Source of the DNA: Dehalococcoidales bacterium
GTDB lineage: Bacteria > Chloroflexota > Dehalococcoidia > Dehalococcoidales > RBG-16-60-22
DNA: 64,000 nt
NCBI GenBank assembly: GCA_034409565.1
Contig: DAOUMS010000015.1
Span: 23,227 to 87,226, forward strand
Reading direction: 5' to 3'
This document shows positions 1 through 9,831 of the stretch, piece by piece (the first letter of the stretch is position 1; each line of letters begins with the position of its first letter). The position numbers and the translations under genes are program-made. The notes beneath the pieces are model-generated. The model made no database searches. It was given only the letters and a program-made list of their open reading frames with translations, and was not told the DNA's origin.

Positions 1-2
1 AA

Positions 3-1538
3 CTCATTGTGGCCAACCCCAGGGAAATCGAGCTGGTGCGCCACGCCGATATCTGGCTGCGGCACCACCCCGGCAGCGACGTTGCCCTGCTGATGGGCAT
101 GTGCCGTGTCATCGTCGATGAGGGCCTGCTGGACAAGGCCTTTATCAGCGAGCGCGGTGAGAACTTCGATGCTTTTCAGGCATCCCTGCGGAATTTTGAC
201 CTGAATATGGTGGCAAAAATCACCGGCGTACCCGGGGACAAAATAGTCCAGGCAGCCCGGATGTACGCCACCAACAGTCCCGCCGCACTTTTCTACGCCA
301 TGGGCATCACCCAGCATTCCCATGGCACGGATAACGTCATCGCCACGGCCAACCTGGCCATGCTCACCGGGAATATCGGCAAGCCGGGAAGCGGGGTCAA
401 TCCGCTGCGTGGCCAGAACAACGTCCAGGGTGCCTGCGATATGGGCGCGCTGCCCAACGTCTATCCCGGATACCAGGCCGTGACCAGCGAAGCGGTGAAG
501 GCAAAATTTGAGGCGGACTGGGGCGGCTCGTTGCCGCCGTCCAAACCGGGGCTTACCGTCACCGAGATGTTCGAGGCTGCACACAACGGCCAGGTCAAGG
601 CGATGTATGTCATGGGCGAGAACCCGGTGCTGACCGAGCCGGAAGCCAAACACGCCATCGAAGCACTGCAGCGACTGGAACTGCTCATCGTGCAGGACTT
701 CTTCCTCACCGAAACGGCACGGCTGGCGCATATTGTGCTGCCCTCGACCACTTTCGCCGAGAAAGAAGGCACCTTCAGTAACACCGAGCGCAGGGTACAG
801 CTACTGAGAAAGGCCATCGAACCGGTGGGTAACTCCAGACCGGACTGGTGGATTATCGGACAGGTCGGCCAGCGCCTGGGCGGCAAAGGCTTTAATTTCA
901 CCAGACCGTCCCAGATTATGGATGAGATTGCCCGCCTGACGCCGAGCTATGGAGGCATATCCTATCGTCGACTGGAAAAAGGCGGTTTGCAGTGGCCCTG
1001 CCCCACCAGAGAGCACCCGGGAACGCCTATCCTCCACACCGAGAAATTCACCCGCGGCAAGGGACAGTTCGTCCCTCTGGAGTACCGGCCGCCAGTGGAG
1101 TCGCCTGATGAAGACTACCCGCTGGTGCTGACCACCGGGCGCAGTCTGTTCCACTTCCACACCGGTACCATGAGCCGAAAGGTAAAAGGGCTGAACACGT
1201 TCCGCAACGAGGAACTGGTGGAAATAAACCCCCGGGACGCCGCCGCCTTCGGCATTGCTGACGGTGAAACCGTGCGGGTGGTCTCCCGCCGCGGCGAGGT
1301 CACCGCCCGGGCCAAAATCACCGAGGCTTCCCCGGCGGGCGTTGTCTTCATGACCTTCCATTTTGCCGAGAGTCCCACCAACCAGCTGACCATACCAGCA
1401 CTGGACCCCGTGGCCAAGATACCGGAGTTCAAGGTCTGCGCCGTCAGACTGGAGAGGGCCACCTCCCCCCAGAAAGCAAAAGACCCGCCGCTAAAACAGA
1501 TTCCCCGGCAGGAATTCCGTTCTCCTTTCGTGGTATGA
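3..1538 (+). CDS. fdhA: Formate dehydrogenase catalytic (Mo/W-bis-PGD) subunit, C-terminal part; 5' end lies outside the window
   Basis: Frame is open from base 3. Motifs YAMGITQH, PLRGQNNVQGACDMG, MYVMGENP, FAEKEGTFSNTERRVQ, plus a C-terminal molybdopterin dinucleotide-binding domain (TTGRSLFHFHTGTMS...PEFKVCAV). Confidence 0.9.
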   Translation, partial: LIVANPREIELVRHADIWLRHHPGSDVALLMGMCRVIVDEGLLDKAFISERGENFDAFQASLRNFDLNMVAKITGVPGDKIVQAARMYATNSPAALFYAMGITQHSHGTDNVIATANLAMLTGNIGKPGSGVNPLRGQNNVQGACDMGALPNVYPGYQAVTSEAVKAKFEADWGGSLPPSKPGLTVTEMFEAAHNGQVKAMYVMGENPVLTEPEAKHAIEALQRLELLIVQDFFLTETARLAHIVLPSTTFAEKEGTFSNTERRVQLLRKAIEPVGNSRPDWWIIGQVGQRLGGKGFNFTRPSQIMDEIARLTPSYGGISYRRLEKGGLQWPCPTREHPGTPILHTEKFTRGKGQFVPLEYRPPVESPDEDYPLVLTTGRSLFHFHTGTMSRKVKGLNTFRNEELVEINPRDAAAFGIADGETVRVVSRRGEVTARAKITEASPAGVVFMTFHFAESPTNQLTIPALDPVAKIPEFKVCAVRLERATSPQKAKDPPLKQIPRQEFRSPFVV

Positions 1539-1634
1539 TACATATACGATAACAACCTCACAGAACACGGCTTTTACCACAGAAAGGAAATCGCCATCAG
1601 AAAAAAACTCAGCCCGCGTACCATCTTTGGTGGA

Positions 1635-2789
1635 GTGCTGCCTCTTTTTGTACTGGCACATATGTCCCATCATCTGGTAACCGCTCTGCCGGTGCCACTC
1701 CTGCCCTATATCCGCGATGAATTTGCTCTTGATTACACCCGCGCCGGATTTATCATATCTGCGTTCAGCGTGATTTACGGCGTCAGCCAGCTGCCGGCGG
1801 GATGGCTGGCGGACCGTTATGGGTCCCGCATCCTGCTCACCATCGGCATCGCCGGAGTAGGAGTAACCGGACTATTGGTCGGCATATCACCCAACTATGT
1901 TGTACTGCTTGTCGGCCTGGCGCTGATGGGCATACTGGGTGGCGGCTACCACCCCGCCTCCGCTAACATGATATCGGACTCAGTGGCACCGAGGACCCGC
2001 GGCCGGGCACTCGGCTTTCACATGATTGGTGGCAGTATCAGCTACTTCCTGGCACCGCTCGTCGCCGCTGGCATTGCCGTCGCCTGGGGCTGGCGTGGCC
2101 CTTTCATCGTACTGGCCATTCCCAGCATCATAATCGGCATCATGCTCCACATCATACTGGAAAAACGCATGCTACAGCATAAAGCGGCGGCTCAGGACAC
2201 CAGCGCCACCACTGAAGCACCAGCTGCCCCCGGCTATCTGCGCCGCCTGATAACCGTGACCGCATTGAGCTCCTTCATCCAGGCACTGCTGATGTCCATC
2301 GTTTCCTTTGTCCCGCTTTTCCTGGTTGATACTTTTAACACGGGCAAAGAACTGGCGGCGGCTTCAATATCCCTAGTATATTTCATGGGGCTCTGGGCAG
2401 GGCCACTCGGCGGCTACCTCTCGGACCGCCTTGGCCGGATAGCGATGATTATAGCCCTGTGTGTAGTGGCCAGCGTCATGATTTACTGTCTTGACATCGT
2501 ACCCTACGGATTCGGTACCGCTGCCGTACTGGTTGTTATCGGTATTACCCTTTACTTCAACACCACCGGGGCACAGGCATACATCGTTGACCAAGCATCA
2601 GCCAAAAATCGCTCCACAGTGCTCGGCTTCTTCTTCTTTGGTAATATGGAAGGCACCGGCGTACTGACACCATTACTGGGTTACCTGATTGACCATTTTG
2701 GCTTCCATATGAGCTTCATGTACAGCAGTGCCGCCATTTTGACCGTACTTGTTATCTGTTCTGTAATCCTGCGGCTAGGCCGGAAATAG
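1635..2789 (+). CDS. MFS transporter
   Basis: About 12 hydrophobic segments, with MFS loop motifs GWLADRYGSR and GYLSDRLGR. The real start may be upstream (see findings). Confidence 0.88.
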   Translation: MLPLFVLAHMSHHLVTALPVPLLPYIRDEFALDYTRAGFIISAFSVIYGVSQLPAGWLADRYGSRILLTIGIAGVGVTGLLVGISPNYVVLLVGLALMGILGGGYHPASANMISDSVAPRTRGRALGFHMIGGSISYFLAPLVAAGIAVAWGWRGPFIVLAIPSIIIGIMLHIILEKRMLQHKAAAQDTSATTEAPAAPGYLRRLITVTALSSFIQALLMSIVSFVPLFLVDTFNTGKELAAASISLVYFMGLWAGPLGGYLSDRLGRIAMIIALCVVASVMIYCLDIVPYGFGTAAVLVVIGITLYFNTTGAQAYIVDQASAKNRSTVLGFFFFGNMEGTGVLTPLLGYLIDHFGFHMSFMYSSAAILTVLVICSVILRLGRK

Positions 2790-2851
2790 CCGGTCTGAGG
2801 CCTGGACTTAAGTACTCGCCCCAAAGGTACCAATTCACTATGTTTTCCCTG

Positions 2852-2880
2852 TTGATTTGTGGCCTTGAAATATGTATTAT
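2852..2880 (+). promoter_or_regulatory. Putative sigma70 promoter of the CARDB gene
   Basis: TTGATT-17 nt-TATTAT in an AT-rich intergenic region. Confidence 0.45.
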
Positions 2881-2995
2881 GTAAACAGATTGTAACAGTT
2901 GTAGTTTACAGCAGATATTATTAAGTGTGGGAGGATGGGTAGTCGTTAAGCATACAAGCCAGATTCACCCCGGTGGCACCCGCGACAAAGCAGCC

Positions 2996-5857
2996 ATGCC
3001 AAAAAAGATTCTAACTGTAATCATAATTCTCGTTACCGTAGCTGCCTTAGGTGGCCAGCTGTTCTGCTTGGTCGATTATGCCGGTAAAGTGGCACAGGCG
3101 GAATCCGGTCCTGACCTGACGGTGGCGGTGATAACCAGCTCACCGGAAACACCGACCTTCGAGGATGAGGTAACCTTCACCGTCACCATCAGCAACCAGA
3201 GCGCGGTCGCTTCAGGTCAGTGCTATGTTGCTTATTACATTGATGGTGACTATCTTGACCGCGACTATGTGCCACCGCTCGACCCCGGCGCCAGCACCAA
3301 AAACACCTTCACCTGGACCGCTGAAGCCGGCATACATGACATTACTGCGGTGGTCGATTATCTGGAAGAGGTGAATGAAAGCGTTGAGGGCAATAATCAA
3401 AAAACCTTCACCCTATCCACACTGGGCGCAGACCTGATAATCGATTCTATAACCTGGTCGCCGTCGAACCCGGCCGTTAGCGAGACAGTGTTTTTCGCGG
3501 TAACGGTTAAAAACCGGGGCGCCGTTGTTGCCATCTCAAGTCGCGTGTATTTTTACATCGGCGGCGCTTCCCGCGGTTACCAGGATGGCGGCAAAATATA
3601 CCCCGGGGAAACACTGACCCTGACCTTCCCCTGGTATACCAAGACAGGCCCGCATGAAGTCAAGGCCATCGTCGACCAGAGCGACATTGTGCCCGAAACC
3701 GATGAAGACAATAATGAAATGACGGCCGTCTTTTCTGTCCTGCTTCCCGACCTAATCATAGATGAAATCTCAAGGTCTCCCGAGGCACCATCAATAGGCG
3801 ATAATGTAAGCTTCATGGTATCTGTCACCAACCAGGGCAGTGCTGCGTCAGGCATGTCAGTGGTCGATTTTTACATGAATGACAAACTTTTAGATACAGT
3901 ATGGGTCGAGGCACTGGAGCCCGGTGCTTCCGGAAACGCGACTTTTTACTGGATTGCCAGGACAGGCACATACGATATAAAAGCCACCGTGACCACAGGC
4001 GGTTTTCTTGCCGAGAGTGACAAAACCAATAATGAAAAAACCTTCACCTTCTCACCAGGTCTGGCTGACTTTATTGTCCAGGATATCACCTGGTCACCAA
4101 CCGAGCTATCGATAGGCGACAGGATTACCTTTACCGTGACCGTGATGAACCAGGGGGCCGGCGACGCGGCTGATTCCCGCGTGGAGCTGTATATTGGTGG
4201 CGTCAAACTGAATCATAAGGAATTCGGGGATATTGATGCCGGTGATACAGTGGGAGTAACTTTTACCTGGAAAGCCACGGAAGGTTCACACCAGATAAAG
4301 GCCATTATCGATACCAGAGATGAAGTGCCCGAGAGCGATGAAACAAATAACGAAAAAACGGTCACCTTTTTAACACCAACCTCTGACCTTATCATTGAGC
4401 AGATAATCTGGATCCCATCAGAGCCAGTTATCGGTGACATGGTGACCTTTACCGTTACGGTTAAAAACCAGGGAGGGGCCGGCTCTGATTACACCCATGT
4501 TAACTATTACATTGATGACAATCAGGTTTCTTCCGACTACATAGAGCCAATATCAGCTAACACCACCGATAATCAGACCTTTACCTGGACGGCCATCGCT
4601 GGCGAACATGTTATTAAAGCTTTCGTTGACTTTATTAACACCGTTAGCGAAAGCGATGAGAACAATAATGAAAAGTCAATCACCCTGACTCCAATTGGTC
4701 CCGACCTCATCGTCGAAAGTATAGACTGGTCGCACAACGACCCGCCGGTGGGAGAAACGGTTACCTTTACCGTAATCGTACAGAATAATGGCGGTAGCCG
4801 GGCAGACGCTTCACTGGTCCACATCTACATTGATGACACCCCACGGGGTTATCAGGACATTCCAGAGGCGGACCCGGGCACAAAAATAATCAGAACCTTT
4901 GACTGGAAAGTGACAGCAGGCACGCACTCCATACGCGCTATCATTGATGAATCGAATCAGATAGCCGAGACTAATGAAGCCAATAATGAGACCCTGATTG
5001 GCTACCCCATGCCTGACCTTACTTTGGAAGCGGTGACGTGGAGCCCAGTAAACCCGGCACTGGGGGATAAAGTTACCCTGACCACATACGTCAAGAACGA
5101 GGGCAGCCACCAGGCGGGCGGTTTCCAGCTATGCTTCTACGTCGATGATAGTGCCGCGGATTACCGGGAAATTCCGCAGCTAGACGCCGGTGCGCGCGTG
5201 ACCAATACCTTTTCCTGGGAGGCCTCCATCGGCCCGCATACCCTTACCCTGGTCACTGATGACGCCAATGCCATTTCCGAGGGAGTTGAGAACAACAATG
5301 AAGAAACGGTCACCTTTGCCATTACCGCCCCTGACCTGACCATTGCGTCCATCACCGGGCCCGCTGAAGAACCTGCCGCCAGTGACAACGTGACCTTCAC
5401 GGTGACTATCAGAAATCAGGGTGATGCCAGGGCCAGATATTCATCGGTGAGCTACTACGTCGATGGCGAGCACATGGCCTCAGGACAAATCGAGCCCCTT
5501 GAGCCTGACGCTGAAATCAAGAAGACTTTCAGTACCTGGATGTCTCAGGGCGGACCGCATACGCTCAGGGTGGTCATTGATGAAGGCAACCAGCTTCCAG
5601 AGAGCAGCGAAGTGAACAATGAAGGGGCGTTTAATTTTACCAGCGCCAACGTCACCCCTTCGCCAGAGCCGGCGTCTGCCCCCAGCACAAAACCCAGGCC
5701 GAGGCCGACCCCCATTCCACTGACACCAACCGAAGAAGATGAGGGAGATGACAAGACAGCATTACTGTTTTTTGGCGTGGCGGTGCTGGTATTCGGTGCC
5801 ACCCTGATTTTCTCACTGCTACGGGAGATGCGAAAAAAGAGGGACCACCTGCCCTAG
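2996..5857 (+). CDS. Membrane-anchored surface protein with 8 tandem CARDB (Ig-like) domains
   Basis: Signal-like N-terminus MPKKILTVIIILVTVAAL (ATG 2996 preferred to GTG 2927). Eight repeats of the form xDLxI/V...TFTVTVxNxG...ExxExNN, then a Pro/Thr linker, a C-terminal TM helix and a basic tail (REMRKKR). Confidence 0.88.
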   Translation: MPKKILTVIIILVTVAALGGQLFCLVDYAGKVAQAESGPDLTVAVITSSPETPTFEDEVTFTVTISNQSAVASGQCYVAYYIDGDYLDRDYVPPLDPGASTKNTFTWTAEAGIHDITAVVDYLEEVNESVEGNNQKTFTLSTLGADLIIDSITWSPSNPAVSETVFFAVTVKNRGAVVAISSRVYFYIGGASRGYQDGGKIYPGETLTLTFPWYTKTGPHEVKAIVDQSDIVPETDEDNNEMTAVFSVLLPDLIIDEISRSPEAPSIGDNVSFMVSVTNQGSAASGMSVVDFYMNDKLLDTVWVEALEPGASGNATFYWIARTGTYDIKATVTTGGFLAESDKTNNEKTFTFSPGLADFIVQDITWSPTELSIGDRITFTVTVMNQGAGDAADSRVELYIGGVKLNHKEFGDIDAGDTVGVTFTWKATEGSHQIKAIIDTRDEVPESDETNNEKTVTFLTPTSDLIIEQIIWIPSEPVIGDMVTFTVTVKNQGGAGSDYTHVNYYIDDNQVSSDYIEPISANTTDNQTFTWTAIAGEHVIKAFVDFINTVSESDENNNEKSITLTPIGPDLIVESIDWSHNDPPVGETVTFTVIVQNNGGSRADASLVHIYIDDTPRGYQDIPEADPGTKIIRTFDWKVTAGTHSIRAIIDESNQIAETNEANNETLIGYPMPDLTLEAVTWSPVNPALGDKVTLTTYVKNEGSHQAGGFQLCFYVDDSAADYREIPQLDAGARVTNTFSWEASIGPHTLTLVTDDANAISEGVENNNEETVTFAITAPDLTIASITGPAEEPAASDNVTFTVTIRNQGDARARYSSVSYYVDGEHMASGQIEPLEPDAEIKKTFSTWMSQGGPHTLRVVIDEGNQLPESSEVNNEGAFNFTSANVTPSPEPASAPSTKPRPRPTPIPLTPTEEDEGDDKTALLFFGVAVLVFGATLIFSLLREMRKKRDHLP

Positions 5858-5868
5858 TGCCAGGGCAT

Positions 5869-6648
5869 TTAAGCGACTTTTCTGTCTTTAACGACCTTGC
5901 TCAGGGCTGACGACGCGGCACTCCGCAGCAGACCCTCGTCACTGCTTAAGGCGATAAACTGAAACCCCTGGGCAATGCGCTCGTTGACTGCTTCCGCACT
6001 GCCAACTTGAATGCCGCCCGGGACACCATGCCGCTTGCCCACCTCCAGGACCTTACTTACCGCCTCCACATGTCTGGGGTCAGTCTGGTCGAGACCTGGC
6101 TTCAACCCCAGCGATAGAGCGAGGTCGCTCGGCCCGATAAAGAAGGCGTCGATACCGTCCACGGAGATGATTTCGTCAGCGTGGTTCACGGCATCGATAT
6201 GTTCTATCTGCACGATGACGGCAATCTCTTCGTTGGCATGTTCAAAGTAGTCAACGCCGCCATAGAGGCGCGTTCTCGGTCCCCCGAAGCTCCGTATGCC
6301 GAGCGGCGGGTAACGGGTGGCCTGCACCGCCCGTATCGCTTCTTCGCGGCTGTTCACCATGGGGATGACCAGCCCGTAAGCACCGGCATCCAGAGCACGC
6401 TTGATTAGCGCCGGGTCATTCCAGGGCACCCTGACTATCGGTACCACATTGGTATAAAGGACAGCCTGTATGATGGACTGCGTGGTGCCGATGTCAATGG
6501 AGCCGTGCTCGGTGTCAATCACTACCCAGTCGTAGCCCATGTTGGCGATGATTTCGGCGGTGATGGGGCTGCCCAGCACCACCCAGGTGCCCACGGCTGC
6601 CTTACCTTCACGCCAGAGTTCCTTCACGCGGTTTTTCTTCAATGTCAT
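5869..6648 (-). CDS. HpcH/HpaI family class II pyruvate aldolase
   Basis: GYDWVVIDTEHGS, IVRVPWND, RALDAGAYG, QIEH, FFIGPSDL. Confidence 0.88.
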   Translation of the reverse strand: MTLKKNRVKELWREGKAAVGTWVVLGSPITAEIIANMGYDWVVIDTEHGSIDIGTTQSIIQAVLYTNVVPIVRVPWNDPALIKRALDAGAYGLVIPMVNSREEAIRAVQATRYPPLGIRSFGGPRTRLYGGVDYFEHANEEIAVIVQIEHIDAVNHADEIISVDGIDAFFIGPSDLALSLGLKPGLDQTDPRHVEAVSKVLEVGKRHGVPGGIQVGSAEAVNERIAQGFQFIALSSDEGLLRSAASSALSKVVKDRKVA

Positions 6649-6662
6649 CCCCCTTCCTTACT

Positions 6663-7712
6663 TTAGCCTTTAATCTGTTCCAGGAACCGCTTCAGCTTGG
6701 ACTGGAATTTCGGCTGGCCCCAGACCTCCCGGTTCACCACGCCGTCAGGCATTTCCCCTTTCATAAGCTGGCCAATCTGCTTGGCGATGATTTCCCACAC
6801 TCTGTTCAGGAACTGGTCGGTGAAACACATGGCATGGGCAGTAACGATGGCATTATCCAGCTTCAACAGCGGGTTATCCGGAGGGGTTGGCTCCTGGTCA
6901 AAGACATCCAGTGCCGCCCCCTCTATCCACCTCTCCCGCAGCGCCTTTATGAGCACCGCCTCGTCAATAATCGGCCCCCGGGCCGTATTGATTAAGAAAG
7001 CCGTCGGCTTCATCTTTTTCAATTCCTTCTCTCCGATGAGGTGACGGGTCTTCTCATTCAGCGGGCAGCTGATGCTGAGAAAGTCAGATTCAGAGAGCAC
7101 CGTGTCCATATCCACCAGTGTCGCGTCAACATCGCTCAAGTCTCCCGGTTTAAGGTAGGGGTCATAAGCGATGTGTCTCATGCCAAAGGGCTTGGCCAGC
7201 CGGAACATCTCATGGCCTATGTTCCCCACCCCCAGCGACCCCAGTGTCCGGCCAACCAGGCCATAGCCGTTGTGCTTGGCCACCTCACTCCACTGCCCCT
7301 CGCTGGTAAGCTGGTGCTTGAGGAAAAGACGCGTGCTCAGGGCTAAGAGAAAGGTGATGATGGCCACCGCTACCGGGCGGCGCACCGCATCCGGCGTGAT
7401 GCATAAAAGTACTCCGGCTTTTGTCAGCGCCGGAACATCAAGCCGGTCATAGCCAACGCCGTTGCGGTGCAGGGAAAGAAGCCGGTCATTGCCGACGAAA
7501 CTGCGCTCCGTCCACCTGGAGAAGGTGCGGGTAACCACGATATCATAATTCTCTAACTGACGCGGTGTGACTTCGGGCAGCTTCTCAGCGAAGGCCTCCC
7601 GCTCAATGCCCGGCATCTCCTCCAGAGACCTGAACCCCGGGCAATACAGAACAAAATTGCCGTCCTTATCATAGTAATCCTGGGTGAAGCCGACCCTGGC
7701 TTTACGTCCCAT
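6663..7712 (-). CDS. D-isomer-specific 2-hydroxyacid dehydrogenase family protein
   Basis: GVGYDRLD, GSLGVGNIG, LINTARGPIIDE, AALDVFDQEP, TAH. Start reassigned to ATG 7712, behind RBS AAGGAGG. Confidence 0.88.
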   Translation of the reverse strand: MGRKARVGFTQDYYDKDGNFVLYCPGFRSLEEMPGIEREAFAEKLPEVTPRQLENYDIVVTRTFSRWTERSFVGNDRLLSLHRNGVGYDRLDVPALTKAGVLLCITPDAVRRPVAVAIITFLLALSTRLFLKHQLTSEGQWSEVAKHNGYGLVGRTLGSLGVGNIGHEMFRLAKPFGMRHIAYDPYLKPGDLSDVDATLVDMDTVLSESDFLSISCPLNEKTRHLIGEKELKKMKPTAFLINTARGPIIDEAVLIKALRERWIEGAALDVFDQEPTPPDNPLLKLDNAIVTAHAMCFTDQFLNRVWEIIAKQIGQLMKGEMPDGVVNREVWGQPKFQSKLKRFLEQIKG

Positions 7713-8005
7713 GCCTGTTTCCTCCTTGTGATAAATTACGCTACGGTGAATTTCTGACCACAGTGAATTCGGCCAGGATGAAGGTGCACTAACCACATTT
7801 TTATCTTTAGCCATTACATTTGTCAAATATCCGTCTGTTATCAATCCCCCGAATTTTTGCCATCCGCCATGGGAATATTGTAATATTAATGGGAAAGATG
7901 ACCCATAATTTTGACACATCACAACCATCACCCTACCTTGGTGAGCCGGTCCTCACCATTTACCAAACAGGGCTAAAACAAGGAAAATAAGAAGGAGGTA
8001 TTTAC

Positions 8006-8428
8006 GTGTTCAAATCAGTCAATCTTCTCCGGCTGAATCACGGCCAGGAACTGCTAAGCGAGCTTACCAGATACTGTGAAAAGAAAGGCATAACCTCAGC
8101 CATAATCCTCGGTATCATTGGCTCTATAGAGAAGGTTAAATTCGGCACCGCCCCCAAAGACGGCACGTGGGGATGGGACTTTGACGAGTATGAGGGACAT
8201 CTGTCCATTCTCTCCGCTCAGGGTTCGCTTTCCGTACATGAGGGGGAGAAAATCTTCCACATCCACATGTGCGCCATTGACCCGCAGAAGCCGGGCCAGC
8301 TAATCGGTGGGCATGTCGAAGAAGCAATCGCCTGGGCGACGGTCGAGATTTACATCGGCGAGCTAAGCTATCAGCTCGAGCGTGACGTAGACCCCGAGTC
8401 TGGACTGACCGCGCTGCGGACCACCTAA
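8006..8428 (+). CDS. PPC (DUF296) domain protein
   Basis: GIIGSIEKV, ILSAQGSL, FHIHM, LIGGHV pattern. RBS AAGGAGG and GTG start. Confidence 0.8.
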   Translation: MFKSVNLLRLNHGQELLSELTRYCEKKGITSAIILGIIGSIEKVKFGTAPKDGTWGWDFDEYEGHLSILSAQGSLSVHEGEKIFHIHMCAIDPQKPGQLIGGHVEEAIAWATVEIYIGELSYQLERDVDPESGLTALRTT

Positions 8429-8710
8429 CATCTGGTTAGCGTGCGTCGACCTGAATAGCTGAAAGAGGTAGTGCCAGTCGCTAGCAAGCATTGAGTTAAT
8501 GCCACTATTCGAAAAACTTGATAAATCTAGTAGACTTCGATATTATGGCGTATGAAATGCGCACCTTCATCCTGAAAGCAATAGCCATGCTTATACGTTT
8601 CTCTGTTTCAGGGTAACTCGCCCAATTTGCATAAAAGGAGTGTTACCGGGTCAGATGATTGGCTAATAACCAGTATTATATAATTACTAAGATACAAGGA
8701 GGCAGGACCT

Positions 8711-9124
8711 ATGACGCATGAAGTCCATAAAGTAGTTAGAGAGTCTGGCGGACTGCGTATAGTCATCGCGGACTCAGCGACCTCGATTACCAAGGACAAC
8801 AAAAACGACATCGTCGTTGACGGCTCCCACTGTGGTGCCAATATCGCCCCCGACTATGTGCTCCCAAACGGTGCCCGTGGCATGATCGGCAATGATGCCG
8901 GTATCGGCCTGGAGAGTGCCGGGGTAGCCAGCCTTAAAATCCTGGAGGAGCGCGGCGTCCCGGCCGCAGCTGTAGCGGCCATGTCGGCCGAAATCGGCGT
9001 TGGTCAGTCCACGTACAATGAGGGTGTCATATCAACAGTCAATGAAGTAGCCAAGAAAATGGGCGTTACGGTTGGCATGTCAGCCAAAGAGGCGGCTGAT
9101 AAGATGCTGGAAGGCATCTCCTGA
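8711..9124 (+). CDS. Conserved hypothetical protein, paralog 1 of a tandem pair
   Basis: RBS AAGGAGG. Shares DGSHCG, GNDAG, PAAAV, MSAxIG and VNExAKK-GV-GMS with the next gene. Confidence 0.75.
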   Translation: MTHEVHKVVRESGGLRIVIADSATSITKDNKNDIVVDGSHCGANIAPDYVLPNGARGMIGNDAGIGLESAGVASLKILEERGVPAAAVAAMSAEIGVGQSTYNEGVISTVNEVAKKMGVTVGMSAKEAADKMLEGIS

Positions 9125-9161
9125 GCGACCAGGATAATGGCTAATAAAGGGGGAGGTAAAA

Positions 9162-9578
9162 TTGTCTGATAAAATAATCGTCAAAAAAGCTGGAGGCCGC
9201 AAGATTGTCCTTGCCGATTCGGCGGCGGCCATGGATGAAAGCACTAAGGGCGATGTCTTTGTTGACGGCTCCCACTGCGGGATAAACGTGGGGGAAATGA
9301 CGCTCAACACCGGCGCTGGTGCCATGATTGGCAACGATGCCGGAATGGGCAAGAACGATGCCGGCATTGCTGGCCTGAAGTTCCTCGATAAGCATGGTAT
9401 TCCGGCAGCGGCGGTATCCGCCATGTCAGCTAAAATCGGCAACGGCAAGAGCACTTATGGGCAGGGTAAAATTTCCGTAGTCAATGAGGCGGCCAAGAAA
9501 CTTGGCGTCTCGGCTGGCATGTCCTGCAAAGAAGCTGCCGATAGACTGCTGGAGAGCCTGGCCAAGAGCGGAAAATAG
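9162..9578 (+). CDS. Conserved hypothetical protein, paralog 2 of a tandem pair
   Basis: RBS GGAGG with TTG start. Colinear similarity to 8711..9124 over its whole length. Confidence 0.75.
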   Translation: MSDKIIVKKAGGRKIVLADSAAAMDESTKGDVFVDGSHCGINVGEMTLNTGAGAMIGNDAGMGKNDAGIAGLKFLDKHGIPAAAVSAMSAKIGNGKSTYGQGKISVVNEAAKKLGVSAGMSCKEAADRLLESLAKSGK

Positions 9579-9719
9579 TACGGCTGACGAACCAAGCTTT
9601 GGTAAGATGTGAAGGTATGGTGCAAAATGATACCTGCTGATATGGCTGGCTGGATATTTAGACACGTAATTCCCGGGTTTAGCCCAATCCAGCATATCAA
9701 AATACACGGTAAATTTAAT

Positions 9720-9770
9720 AAAAAATCCCCCTGTAATGAACTCACCCAAGGAATTTACAGGGGATTTTTT
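9720..9770. terminator. Long inverted repeat, probable intrinsic (possibly bidirectional) terminator
   Basis: AAAAAATCCCCCTGTAA ... TTACAGGGGATTTTTT (one bulge), with A/T tails on both ends. Confidence 0.6.
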
Positions 9771-9831
9771 ATGTGGAATACCGACCGGAATGCATGACGG
9801 TCAATTCTGACTTGGAAAGGGAAGGGACAAA

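Noticed and set aside
7713-7931. 73-aa N-terminal extension of the 2-hydroxyacid dehydrogenase ORF
   Set aside because: It runs through the AT-rich divergent promoter region. A strong RBS supports ATG 7712.
8505-8588. 27-aa minus-strand ORF MAIAFRMKVRISYAIISKSTRFIKFFE
   Set aside because: No RBS and no recognisable features; likely chance in AT-rich intergenic DNA.
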